Of a DNA stretch of 64,000 bases, positions 26,215-38,445 are shown piece by piece. The number at the start of each line of letters is the position of its first letter. Positions within the stretch are counted from its first letter, which is position 1. This DNA comes from Syncephalis fuscata S228. Lineage: Eukaryota; Fungi; Zoopagomycota. The position numbers and the translations under genes are program-made. The notes under the pieces are model-generated. The model was given only the letters and a program-made list of their open reading frames with translations. It was not told the DNA's origin and searched no databases. The DNA lies in contig JAHLTZ010000024.1 of assembly GCA_025786725.1 (NCBI GenBank), forward strand, positions 124,001 through 188,000, given 5' to 3'.

Positions 26215-28224
26215 ATGCTTAGTGCAAATGCTAACACATAATGCTTAGCGCAAATGCTGGCACATAATGCTTAGCGCAAATGCTGGCACATAATGCTTAG
26301 CGCAAATGCTGGCACATAATGCTTAGCGCAAATGCTGGCACATAATGCTTAGCGCAAATGCTGGCACATAATGCTTAGCGCAAATGCTGGCACATAATGC
26401 TTAGCGCAAATGCTGGCACATAATGCTTAGCGCAAATGCTGGCACATAATGCTTAGCGCAAATGCTGGCACATAATGCTTAGCGCAAATGCTGGCACATA
26501 ATGCTTAGCGCAAATGCTGGCACATAATGCTTAGCGCAAATGCTGGCACATAATGCTTAGCGCAAATGCTGGCACATAATGCTTAGCGCAAATGCTGGCA
26601 CATAATGCTTAGCGCAAATGCTGGCACATAATGCTTAGCGCAAATGCTGGCACATAATGCTTAGCGCAAATGCTGGCACATAATGCTTAGCGCAAATGCT
26701 GGCACATAATGCTTAGCGCAAATGCTGGCACATAATGCTTAGCGCAAATGCTGGCACATAATGCTTAGCGCAAATGCTGGCACATAATGCTTAGCGCAAA
26801 TGCTGGCACATAATGCTTAGCGCAAATGCTGGCACATAATGCTTAGCGCAAATGCTGGCACATAATGCTTAGCGCAAATGCTGGCACATAATGCTTAGCG
26901 CAAATGCTGGCACATAATGCTTAGCGCAAATGCTGGCACATAATGCTTAGCGCAAATGCTGGCACATAATGCTTAGCGCAAATGCTGGCACATAATGCTT
27001 AGCGCAAATGCTGGCACATAATGCTTAGCGCAAATGCTGGCACATAATGCTTAGCGCAAATGCTGGCACATAATGCTTAGCGCAAATGCTGGCACATAAT
27101 GCTTAGCACAAATGCTGGCACATAATGCTTAGCGCAAATGCTGGCACATAATGCTTAGCGCAAATGCTGGCACATAATGCTTAGCGCAAATGCTGGCACA
27201 TAATGCTTAGCGCAAATGCTGGCACATAATGCTTAGCGCAAATGCTGGCACATAATGCTTAGCGCAAATGCTGGCACATAATGCTTAGCGCAAATGCTGG
27301 CACATAATGCTTAGCGCAAATGCTGGCACATAATGCTTAGCGCAAATGCTGGCACATAATGCTTAGCGCAAATGCTGGCACATAATGCTTAGCGCAAATG
27401 CTGGCACATAATGCTTAGCGCAAATGCTGGCACATAATGCTTAGCGCAAATGCTGGCACATAATGCTTAGCGCAAATGCTGGCACATAATGCTTAGCGCA
27501 AATGCTGGCACATAATGCTTAGCGCAAATGCTGGCACATAATGCTTAGCACAAATGCTGGCACATAATGCTTAGCGCAAATGCTGGCACATAATGCTTAG
27601 CGCAAATGCTGGCACATAATGCTTAGCGCAAATGCTGGCACATAATGCTTAGCGCAAATGCTGGCACATAATGCTTAGCGCAAATGCTGGCACATAATGC
27701 TTAGCACAAATGCTGGCACATAATGCTTAGCGCAAATGCTGGCACATAATGCTTAGCGCAAATGCTGGCACATAATGCTTAGCGCAAATGCTGGCACATA
27801 ATGCTTAGCGCAAATGCTGGCACATAATGCTTAGCGCAAATGCTGGCACATAATGCTTAGCGCAAATGCTGGCACATAATGCTTAGCGCAAATGCTGGCA
27901 CATAATGCTTAGCGCAAATGCTGGCACATAATGCTTAGCGCAAATGCTGGCACATAATGCTTAGCGCAAATGCTGGCACATAATGCTTAGCGCAAATGCT
28001 GGCACATAATGCTTAGCGCAAATGCTAACACATAATGCTTAGCGCAAATGCTGGCACATAATGCTTAGCGCAAATGCTGGCACATAATGCTTAGCGCAAA
28101 TGCTAACACATAATGCTTAGCGCAAATGCTGGCACATAATGCTTAGCGCAAATGCTGGCACATAATGCTTAGCGCAAATGCTGGCACATAATGCTTAGCG
28201 CAAATGCTGCACATAATGCTTAGC
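26215..28224. repeat. Satellite array, 26-bp unit ATGCTTAGCGCAAATGCTGGCACATA, about 77 copies
   Basis: Period of 26 read directly; nearly invariant, with rare variants (TAACACA, AGCACA). Confidence 0.98.
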
Positions 28225-28229
28225 AATAA

Positions 28230-28797
28230 ACTCACTTCACTTATGTATCCTTTTCATTATATATTCATTCTATTCTATATTATTTTATGCTCATATAGTT
28301 TTTTCTATCCAAAACTGTTTTTATTTTTATTCTAGCTTTATTATTCATAAATGTCGACTAATTCCATTCATTGCTCATGCATACATACTCAATAACTTTA
28401 ACATAGCTAATCGTCATTGCACACCGTATATTTTTATATCGCATATCATTTTATTGTCTAGTAAATATGCGCTAGCTGTTGCAGTTGTCTGTTTATTCTA
28501 GAGCTATTATTAATAAATTTCAACTCATTTACTTCATTCATTTAGCAAGTTATATGTACTTACAGCATATAGCAATAGAATGCGTCCAGCATATAATAGA
28601 ATGATGTATAATAGTATAGACATATATTGTTAACGATATAGGTGAATAGAGGATATATGCATATTGAATAATGAATCTACAATAATGGCTATTTTAAACT
28701 TTAATGTCACTTATCACCCATAATTATATTTAATAAATTGAATATCTAGTTTATTTACGCAAATATTATTCATCATACTTATTTATCTACCAAATTA
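28230..28797. mobile_element. Truncated copy of the foldback element (internal part plus right TIR)
   Basis: 28300-28430 nearly identical to 18040-18170; 28655-28797 is a reverse TIR similar to 25470-25610. Confidence 0.75.
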
Positions 28798-29190
28798 TTT
28801 TTATTTAATAAATGAATGATTAGTTATTATATGCAAATATAATATTTGTATAATATTTATTATTACAGTTCACTTTATTAAATGCAATAAAGTATATTGA
28901 TCATATTGTTATTGATTGAGAGGTGCAAAAGTATAAACCTTTGCACCTACTTATTTAGTAGCTATGTGCTTTTATTTAATGGTTTGCTCTGGTATTGTTT
29001 GGTAATATCAAAGCATAATAATTATAATTGTCATAAATAATATATTATTAAATTGATCCAATATAACTTTAATTTTGATGTGGCATCATCAAGTACTTAT
29101 TTGTTGATATTGTTGTGATGGTATACCACCACATACTTTATATGATGGATACTGCTACAGCTGCTGTATCACATTACTTACTTATTTAAA

Positions 29191-29925
29191 GTGGCGTATT
29201 AGTGTGTTAGCGGCCGGCTACCTACAATTCTAAAATAATAAATACAATGTTAGTACGTTAGTAGACAATTGTCCTGATTGATATTTTGTATTTGGTTTTA
29301 GTGTGCTAGCGGCCGGCTATTCATAATAATAATAATACTTACGTTATGTGTCCATGGCCGGTTATATAAAATCTAAAACAATAATGATGTTAGTGTTAGT
29401 GTCGGTGTTGATGCTGGTACCAATGTTAGTGCTGGTGTTAGTGTTGGTGTTGTTGTTGGTGCCGATGTTGATGTTGATGTTGGTGCCGATGTTGATGCCG
29501 GTGCCGGTGTTGATGCTGGTGCCGGTGTTGGTGTTAGTGTTGGTGCCGATGTTGATGTTGGTGCCGGTGTTGATGTTAGTGTTGGTGCCGATGTTGGTGT
29601 TGGTGTTGATGCTGATGTTGATATTGATGTTGTTGGCGTTGGTGTTGGTGTTGGTGTCCGGCTATCTAAAATCTATAATAATCAATAAATGTTAGTGTTA
29701 GTATCCGGTATCTAAAATTTAAAACAATATATATAAAGTTAGTTTGTTGCAATGTTGTGTAGCCGGCCGCTAGCACACTAAAACAATTTGGTGATTTTTA
29801 TTTATGATATAAATTTGTAATTATCAATACAGGTTAGTAAGTTAGTGAACTAAATCTAAAGTCATCAATATAACATTGGTTGTTATATTGCTTGGTAGCC
29901 GGCCGCTAACACACTAATCGCCATT
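29191..29925. repeat. Nested inverted-repeat element around a (GTGTTG/ATGTTG/GTGCCG) hexamer tract
   Basis: TGGCG(T)ATTAGTGTGTTAGCGGCCGGCTACC at 29192-29222 versus its reverse complement at 29894-29923; a second pair at 29295-29319 and 29760-29783. Confidence 0.75.
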
Positions 29926-30159
29926 GTCCTTGAACTTGATACTTGATGGCTTGTAAATCTAAAGCATTATATGCAGAGTTAGTGACTGATTTAAGTTAGT
30001 TACTTACCATTGCATAATCAGTGTATCATAAAGAAGGACCGGTAAGTGGTTTGTTAAAAGTGAAAAGGGAAAGAGAAGAAGAGCTGCCAATGCAACATCG
30101 TGCTAGCAGGTATTTACAGGCAGTGCATATAATGGCACTGCTGTATGGCCAGTACAGAG

Positions 30160-30425
30160 TGCTACTATATGCTACTACCATAGCTAAACACACTATTGCT
30201 AGCACGGCGAGCAATGGAAGGTATAGAGGTAAGATGAGGAGAGGGTGAGAAAGTAACAGTATATGCTTGGTAGCATATATCCAGCATACACTATTGCTAG
30301 TACGGTAAGTAATGGAAGATTAGAGAAGAAGAGGAAGAGGAAGAGAAGAGGAAGAGGAAGAGAAAGAGAAAGAGAAAGAGAAAGAGAAATAGAACAGTAT
30401 ATGTTGTTTGGCAGCATATATTCAT
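30160..30425. repeat. Degenerate tandem repeat (about 100-140 bp units) with purine tracts (GAAGAG/GAGAAA)
   Basis: Repeated TATATGCT...CACTATTGCTAG...AATGGAAG units. Confidence 0.55.
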
Positions 30426-30749
30426 CATAGCTAGCATACTAGCAGCTGCCCACAAGGTAAAACGATACCGCTAGCACTGCTGTATGGCGTCATACAGCAG
30501 GGCGGTATGTAGTACCGAGACTAGGCATGCTTATACTAATAGACTAACAATGACATATAGCAAGCAAGGCATATACTGAACTTATGGAAACAAGTGTAAA
30601 GTAGGAAGGTGGCTAGTGGATGAATGCTGTCAAGTGTGGAGGAAGAGAAAGAGGAAGGTGTGACGTAAATCGTGTGCTATGCGATCGGCAGTCTGTTTTT
30701 ATAGTGTGGGTGCAAGTGCTGATGTAATATGAATAAACAATTATTATGA

Positions 30750-31978
30750 TTGGTGCTAATTGACTATTTTTAATAACATTCGCGTAATTGAACTGCACAT
30801 TCAATCTATTGAACATGAGGACAAGTGGTGAGTTTTATTTAATCATCACATCATCATCATTGAGATTCATTATCTGGTATGCATATATCATCACATTATG
30901 TGTTATTACCATCTATACTCATCACTTTTCTTGATTAACATTAAAATCATAACTAATTGACATGATTAGTTTGTTTATAAATAATCTTAATAAAACATAA
31001 CCCGTTCATATCCATATTATCTGTTTTATCAATATAACTCAGTGAACAAACTAAGTGTGATAAGTCAATTTTTATTAATAAAAGAGTTGGAACCATACCG
31101 ACAACGACTATAGACAGCGTATAACCAATATATAATAAAATAATAAACGTTATAATGAATACGCAATATTGAACGAGATTAGCAATGTTCAAGTTATTGA
31201 GCATATATGCATGAGCAGATGACCGAATTAGTCAAACTTTATTAATAATAAAGCTAGAACAAAAAGGACGACTGCAATAGATGGTGTGTGTATACTAGAC
31301 GATAAAACGATATACAATATAAAGAATATACGGTGTGCAATGACGATTAGCTATGTTAAAGTTATTGAGTATGTATGCATGAGCAATGAATGGAATTAGT
31401 CGACATTTATGAATAATAAAGCTAGAATAAAAATAGAAACAGTTTTGGATAGAAAAAGACTAGGCGAGTATAGAATGATATACAAAATGATAAATATATA
31501 GTAAGAAAGTATAAAAATTATGTCAAAGTTATAGTGTATATAGCGCAATGAGTGGAATGAGTAAAGTACATTGGGACATATAAACAATAAAATGAGTCTA
31601 GTATATTGTATAATGCTATATAGTAGTATAGAATAGAATGGGAATGATATAGGTGAATAGAGGATATATATACACTGAATATATGCATATTGGATAATGA
31701 ATCTATGATGATGAGTATTTGATGATTAATGTCACTCACCACCCATCATCATGTTCAATAAAAGAATGTTATTAAATGTTAGTCATTTGACCACCAAAAA
31801 ACAAACAATGTGATGATGTGATGATTAAATAAAACTCACCACTTGTCCCCATGTTCAATAGATTGAATGTGTAGTTCAGTTGCGCGAATGTTACAAAAAC
31901 TAGTCATTTGACCACCAAATAGCACTAACTAATGAATAATTTGGTAATAAAATATAAATGTATAATGTTAATGACACA
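30750..31978. mobile_element. Foldback family copy; 31241-31978 is a near-identical inverted copy of 17521-18262
   Basis: Identical spurious ORFs on opposite strands (17757+/31742-, 17912+/31587-); partial forward TIR at 30750-30890. Confidence 0.88.
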
Positions 31979-32172
31979 ATATTTAAATTAAGTAAATGTC
32001 AGGGGCCATAAGCTTTTAAATTAAAAGCTTAAAATAAAATAACACACGACATGTGTTTATTAGTGTAATAGCATTAATGCAAATGAGTAGGACGATTAAT
32101 TAAATAAACGATAATGATGTTGATGTAGAATTTATGATTTTATTTTTAAAGTAGTTAGATAATAATAGTTAA

Positions 32173-34581
32173 TTATTCAATATGAGCATCGTTATTATTT
32201 TGACTTTGCTTAGATGCCGGTATCGCTTTTGCTGAATTCTTTTCAATATGGCGACGATATACGGTGGCAGAAAATCCATAACGCCATACAAGCAGTGTTT
32301 GGGTGCAAACCCACCAGAACGTGCCAATGCCGCCGACTACTGATGGCCAACGACCAATTCGCCACGCTGACATGTGCCACATGCCTTGAAGGAAAAGGCA
32401 GAAAATAACACACAAACGAACAATAAGTTTTCTTGAGTAGGGGCGGGCAACAATTGGATGCTTTGCTGCAAATGAAGTGGCCAGATCCATATCGCCAACG
32501 GCCACAACAATGTAGGCCAGTACCCAAATCTCTAATAAGCCGAGTTGGATAGTGGGTATCCCCCACGTATCCAGCATGGGGATCCAACGATGATCGACCC
32601 ACACACCGTAAAGATAGACCCAAGACACACCGAGATCCGTGTTAAAGAATAGCAAGGCCGGGCATAGTGGAAGGCAGATAATCCATAGAAAATGACCGTA
32701 AATAGCTGTCCATACCATTGAGTGGTCAGCCACAGCATAAAGACGATGACGCCACCGCAGTAATTGTATTTGAGGCAGCATTAATAAACGTTGGTGTAAA
32801 TAATCCATAGGCATGGATTGTGTACGTTGTAGAGAGGCCAATGAACGGTCTCGCCACTGGCTAGTTTCGCCGCAAAAGGCCAGGTAGGATAAATGGAGCT
32901 GTGGTAATAATAACGATAGAGTCACAATTATAAAAATACTACTAAACCAGCGACGAAACTAAATATTTATACATTAAATAAAGTTCATTTCATAATATAT
33001 TACTTACCAGTGATTCAAAGTTGGAGTGAATAATTAAGCCACTTAAACCGACATCCAATTCTTCACGATGACCATCTACTCTAAATAAAACTGTATCCTC
33101 ACCTACACGTCCCTGTGTATCAGTGGCTACTATACGCAGTTCATGCGGTTGCTGGTCGTTGTATTCGTCAGCCGACCATGGCACTGTCCATAATGGAATA
33201 TATTCTCCAGGAGCACCATCACGCGATCCACGTCCACTATATTTCATGTTACCTTTCATAATACCGTCTACGTACACCGTAACTTCTGGCAAATCTGTAT
33301 CTGCAAATATCAACGCTCTAATATGCGTGCTACGAGCAATACGTGATATAGGTTCACGGTCCGGCATAAGGTAGCGGGCATCCTTTGGGTTGGTTATAAG
33401 TATTACAGGAGAAGATGGCTGCTTTTCGGGTAATTCAGCTGAAATAATTGGCATAGGGATTTCAGGAACTTCTAATATTTGATCAGTAATACTAATCATA
33501 TCATGATCAATGGCCAGTATACGATAGCTGGCAGTTAGCTTTAAATCGGGCAGCTCTAGTTCCATAAATCCCGATGGTTTGTATCCTTGCAACATATCGC
33601 CTAATCCACCGGCCAGTCGATGCAAATGGCCACATAAATACATGCTAATACCGCGTGAAAGTTCATCAAAAGTACGGCCATCTGATGTGATGCCAAACAC
33701 GGTCGTTGTTACCGGATAATGGCTCAGTAGGAATGTATGTTGAGATGTTCTAGATTCATCTAATGCTTGAGCAAATTGGTTCATCTCATTGGTATCGACA
33801 TATCCAAAAAAGTTGTATAGTCGACCCGTGCCAATTTGTGGGCACCCATCAATGGCTACAAATGAGTAGTTACCAAAGGATCGTTTTACATCGAATGACC
33901 AGCCACCATCATGGGGTGAAGCGCCGTATTGTCGATAATAATTATTCTTATCCTTCCAGCCATTAACGCTAAAACAATCATGATTGCCACGTAAATCATG
34001 CCAGAATTTACCCTCTGCCTTGTCCAGTACACCTGACGACTATGATGGTCACATTTAGCAAACGTCTATAGTAATTATTCGCAACCCACCTTAAGAAGCC
34101 GATGGTAAGTCTGCCATTCATCCTCAAATTGTACACCGGCCAGCACTCGCTCACTTTTAGCATCAGTTAAATCTCCAGTAACGAGTACAAATGAAGGCGA
34201 TACTAATGGCAGTGTGGTTTGCAGAAAATGCATCAGGTGAGCAACACCACCAACCGTGTGATATCGGCTGATGTGCAAATCGCTAATCTATACATTACAA
34301 TCAACAGCGGCTATTAGGTGACAAGTTTTAAACCGGCATTTTAACGTTCTCATTACCTGCATAAAATATAAAATGTTATCTGGTTGGTCACCTATAATGG
34401 CAGTATCATTGGGCCAGCGAGGTGCTAGACTAGTTTCTGGTTTACGTGCCAATAGTGATAATTTATCGGGTGTTAGCGTATCTCGCGCATTGGAATCAAG
34501 TTGATATCCACATATCCAGGCCAGTATAGACAACGGCAGCCAGACAATAGCTGTCATACGTATCTGCCGTTGAGTAGGCAT
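32173..34581 (-). CDS. TMEM62-like membrane metallophosphoesterase, multi-exon
   Basis: ISDLHIS, TGDLTD, DLRGNHD, SHYP, LCGHLH, ELELPD; C-terminal TM helices. Confidence 0.87.
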
Positions 34582-35449
34582 AATGAAGCTAAACGATACA
34601 GTTAAGCTGCTACGTTTACGTGTGTGCACAATACAACAAAAGAACGTTTGAAAACAAGATATTAAGAGTGAACCGGCATTTTATTCAACTGCAACTGTGT
34701 GTGTTTTTTATATTCGATGCGTAGTTGGTTTGTGGCATTGTTATCGCTTGTCATGTATTTTGATTGGTGGATTTTAAACATCTATGATGTTACCAAAAAA
34801 GGAAACAATAAATGACGTGGAAGCGTCATTTGTCATAAAATAGACAGAAATAAGAATACAATAAAAGTGCTATTATTGATATTATCCATTACTTTATTAG
34901 TGTATTTTATTGTATATAATTCATCGCATTCAGCACAGCTGTCATAAAGTGTAAATAGCTAATAGGTGAAATCACGTTTTAGTAAATAAATAATATTACA
35001 TTCAGTTGCTACTAGTTTTGTTTACTTTTAAATACTGCTACAAAGCATCATCAATCCAAGCATGCTGGTTTTGACAATTATTTAAACAATTTTTATTATA
35101 GGTATATAGTGCGGTAATGTAATTAAATAAAATTTATTATTAAGATTATTAGTACTATTTAAATAATACACTACTGGCCATAATAATTGGCGGTATATAT
35201 TATAATACATCTCACAAATAATATACGAATTAATATGTCAAGCATTGTAACTAACGTATTTTATTTATAACAACGTATTGGTTCCTCTCTTTTCTGATTG
35301 CAATATTTATATCCAATCCAAACATATTGAATTTGACTACATATGTTTTGTATTATATTAAGCATATTGCTCAAAACTTGTTTAGACGTCATGCAACCTC
35401 ACCCACTTCATTCCATTGTTATTTCGTTACTACTACCTAAATCTCTACA

Positions 35450-36372
35450 ATGTTTGGTGGGATCCGCTTTGCCTTTTTGGAAGATAGCAAGTAAGTCTTT
35501 GGAGATATATGGAGTAGCGTTGTTGGTCCATTCCATTAGAACCAGCACAGAAGATTACCTGCCAAACAGTGATGACAGCGTCTAATCGTTATGTTTGCTG
35601 TTATAGCTATGGCGATCAGAGTTGGGCCAACCGTTTACGACATGGACGCTTTTACGAGCTGGTTTATGGCATTGGTTTGACAGTTGCTGCTTAACCTGGA
35701 TAATAGTAGGTGCAATGGATCTTTTATGCATAAGCATTAACGCCAGTTATTAGTCATTTATTGAAACTTGGCAAGTATCCGATGCTTTTAACGCTAGTAT
35801 AGTAGGACTAATAGATATTTCAATATAGTGGATCCACTATATTTGCCATTCTATTAACAATCTGTGTCATTGTTATACCGATTGAATCGTTTATCCGGCT
35901 ATTGGCACTAGGACGAGTAAGTCACTTTTGCTATAGCATTTATAAATACTTATGAATATGCATAGCAATTTTTCTTATCAGCTATGGATATAGGCGATTT
36001 GATGCTAGGTATTATTATGACCATTATTGCTTTGGCTACCGCATGGGGGGAATGTTCCACAACAAAGCATCGAATCGCCGCACTGATGGCCGTTCTTTGT
36101 TTGGCTCGCAATGGAGTACAGCTTATTCGTTTATTAATGGCTATTCGCAAGTAAGTATCGTTTATTAAAGGCAATAGAAGATATTTATTGGATCAAGTAG
36201 AGATCGAAGAAATCGAAGTGCTCGTGAAGCCACTATTGAATTTACCGATGAACGTGGCTATTCAATGGAATCTGAACGTCATGACGGCGGGTTTGTTCTA
36301 GGCGATAGTGATGATGAAGATGTAGCCGAAAAGACACGGAAGCAAGGACGTGTCGATACGTTGCCGGTATAA
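35450..36372 (+). CDS. Small 4-TM Ion_trans/voltage-sensor-like protein built from short exons, missed by the ORF track
   Basis: Spliced reading ...IPIESFIRLLALGR|QFFLSAMDIGDLMLGII...LCLARNGVQLIRLLMAIRK|DRRNRSAREATIEF..., acidic tail; 5' exons uncertain. Confidence 0.68.
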
Positions 36373-36486
36373 TTAGTACTAATATTAGCTTAATAAATAA
36401 ATATTACTATTTGTTATGTAATCTTGTTGAAATAGGATTAGCAGATGCTATATCTTTATTGTATCATATGTCACTAAACATTACAG

Positions 36487-37429
36487 CTACACCTTGCGAC
36501 CAAGTCGCTTGGCTTCGCGCTCCTTCTTTCGTCGTGTATCGACATTTCTGTCTCGCCAATTACTTTTCCGTAATTTTAGCGGGCGATTACCGAGATACTT
36601 GCCATTCATTTCACGAAGTGCTCGAGAGAAATCATCTGGATCCTTGAAACTGACAAAGCCAAATCCACGGGTCTTTCCCGATCGTTTGTCACGCACTACA
36701 CGTGCCTTCTGCATCGATGGATACTTACTAAATGCTTGTGCAAGATGTTCGTCCATCACCTCATTGCCTAAATCACCTGCAAAAATTCTGAAATCATCTA
36801 CATTATATTATTAATATTATAATAATAGCCCGTTATTACGATCACTTACTTTCATCCCATTCGGCGAGTGTTGAATCCTCCCATACTTCTCCTCCACCTA
36901 CTCGTAATGTCGTGCGTATCTTTTTGGCCTTTCCACCTTTGGCTGCACTTTCTGCTTCCTTAGTCGATGTGGCGGTAGACTTACGTGCTGTGTAGGCCGA
37001 CTGTCCATAGCTTGAAGTACTGGTTGATCCGGCAGCGGCATAAGCACTTGATGCGTATGCTGGTGCCGTATCTGCTTTATAGTACCCACCGCTCATGGCC
37101 GGACTTGACATTGCCGCTGGTGTGGATGTAATCTGACGTACGGAACTGCTATGGGCGGAAGAACCCACTGTAGGATATTGAGCAGCAGTAGATCCTGCTC
37201 CTGATGTTGTTGGTGGTGCAACATAGACTGCATGGCGACCATAAGCTGGTGCATGACCAGGTACAGAGAATGGTGCTCTTCCACCGCGTACACCTCGAGC
37301 TCGTAGAGCCCCGCCACTAGCACCACCACCTCTTGTGTTGGCTGCACCAGAGGCGGTTGTTGTCATCGAGACAGGAGCGTATAGGGCGGGATCTGCCGAA
37401 AAGGCAACATCCGCTGGTCGTTTTGACAT
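36487..37429 (-). CDS. RBM42: RRM protein RBM42-like (tri-snRNP associated)
   Basis: LRVGGGEVWEDSTLAEWDE|NDFRIFAGDLGNEV, KTRGFGFVSF, EMNGKYLGNRPLKLRKSNW. Confidence 0.9.
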
Positions 37430-37617
37430 ACTATTGAGTAGCTTACGAAGATTGATGGTAAATGCAGATAGTTACCTATACGATTAGTATACGTATATGT
37501 GAAACAAATAAAGCGATGAAAGTTATAGATGCAGAATCGAGAATAAAAACGAAGAAGGATTACGAATTTGATCAGCGATATTATAATAAATAATTCAGTA
37601 TTTTGTTTGTATTTTGT

Positions 37618-38141
37618 TTAAAATATTGTTAATAAATTGATTTAAATGATGTAACATACTATTTGATTTCTTTGAGACATTTGAGGCTGATTATTGTTGT
37701 TAATCATGTGTAGAAAGATTGATTGAATATTAATAAAAGCCATATAATTTCAATTTCATGTCATTCCGTATTTGTTGTTATTACATCTACGTACAGCATG
37801 GATTCTTGCGCTTGAATGGTTTTTTATATTTTACAATACGTTACTATTGTATTTTGGACATATTTGTGCTGTAAGATCAATATTAATATAATTAGTATAA
37901 ATATTTATTAAACAGCCACTTTTCGTATAGTCAATTTGACTAAATAAATAGCTATGTATGTATGTTAGAGCAATAATAAAAATAACTAATTAATCACATT
38001 ATCATATTGCTGATTACACGTGAATTAATTAATGTGGGATGTAATATTATACGTGTTATAGTGATGAATAGATGTTTAATTATATTTAAAAGTGAAGAGG
38101 TGAAATAGGTAAATAAAATATAAAAGTCAAAGTAAAATAAC
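37618..38141 (-). mobile_element. Second, more decayed copy of the Fanzor-remnant element
   Basis: Collinear homology to 7940-8490; minus strand reads LTAQICPKYNS...RIHAVRRCNNNKYGMT*N*NYMAFINIQSIFLHMINNNNQPQMSQR. Confidence 0.68.
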
Positions 38142-38445
38142 TTTTTAAATTAAACTAAATAACTTAATAGTCAATTTTAGCTTTAATCATTTGTATTAAT
38201 CTGGTAACGTATGTTATCACTTTTTACATTATTGTAAATAAATAAAGTTAATCAGTATCACAGTGTTTATAATAAAAAGTTTATTCATTGATTGACTTTG
38301 CAAAAGTAAATAAAAAGTTTTATCGACGAGCATTGCAAGTTGGCAGATAGGCAGACAAAATTAACAAGAATGCATCACAATAGATATCGCTTTACAATTA
38401 GAACCATAGTAATGATGATACTGTGCACCAGGCACATCAATGCAT

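Noticed and set aside
26215-28224. CRISPR array or repeat-protein gene
   Set aside because: No unique spacers and no cas genes, in a eukaryotic context; the 26-nt period puts stop codons in every frame.
29348-29695. Hydrophobic M/L/V-rich 115-aa ORF as a membrane protein
   Set aside because: It is a by-product of the GTGTTG/ATGTTG hexamer tract and has no domain.
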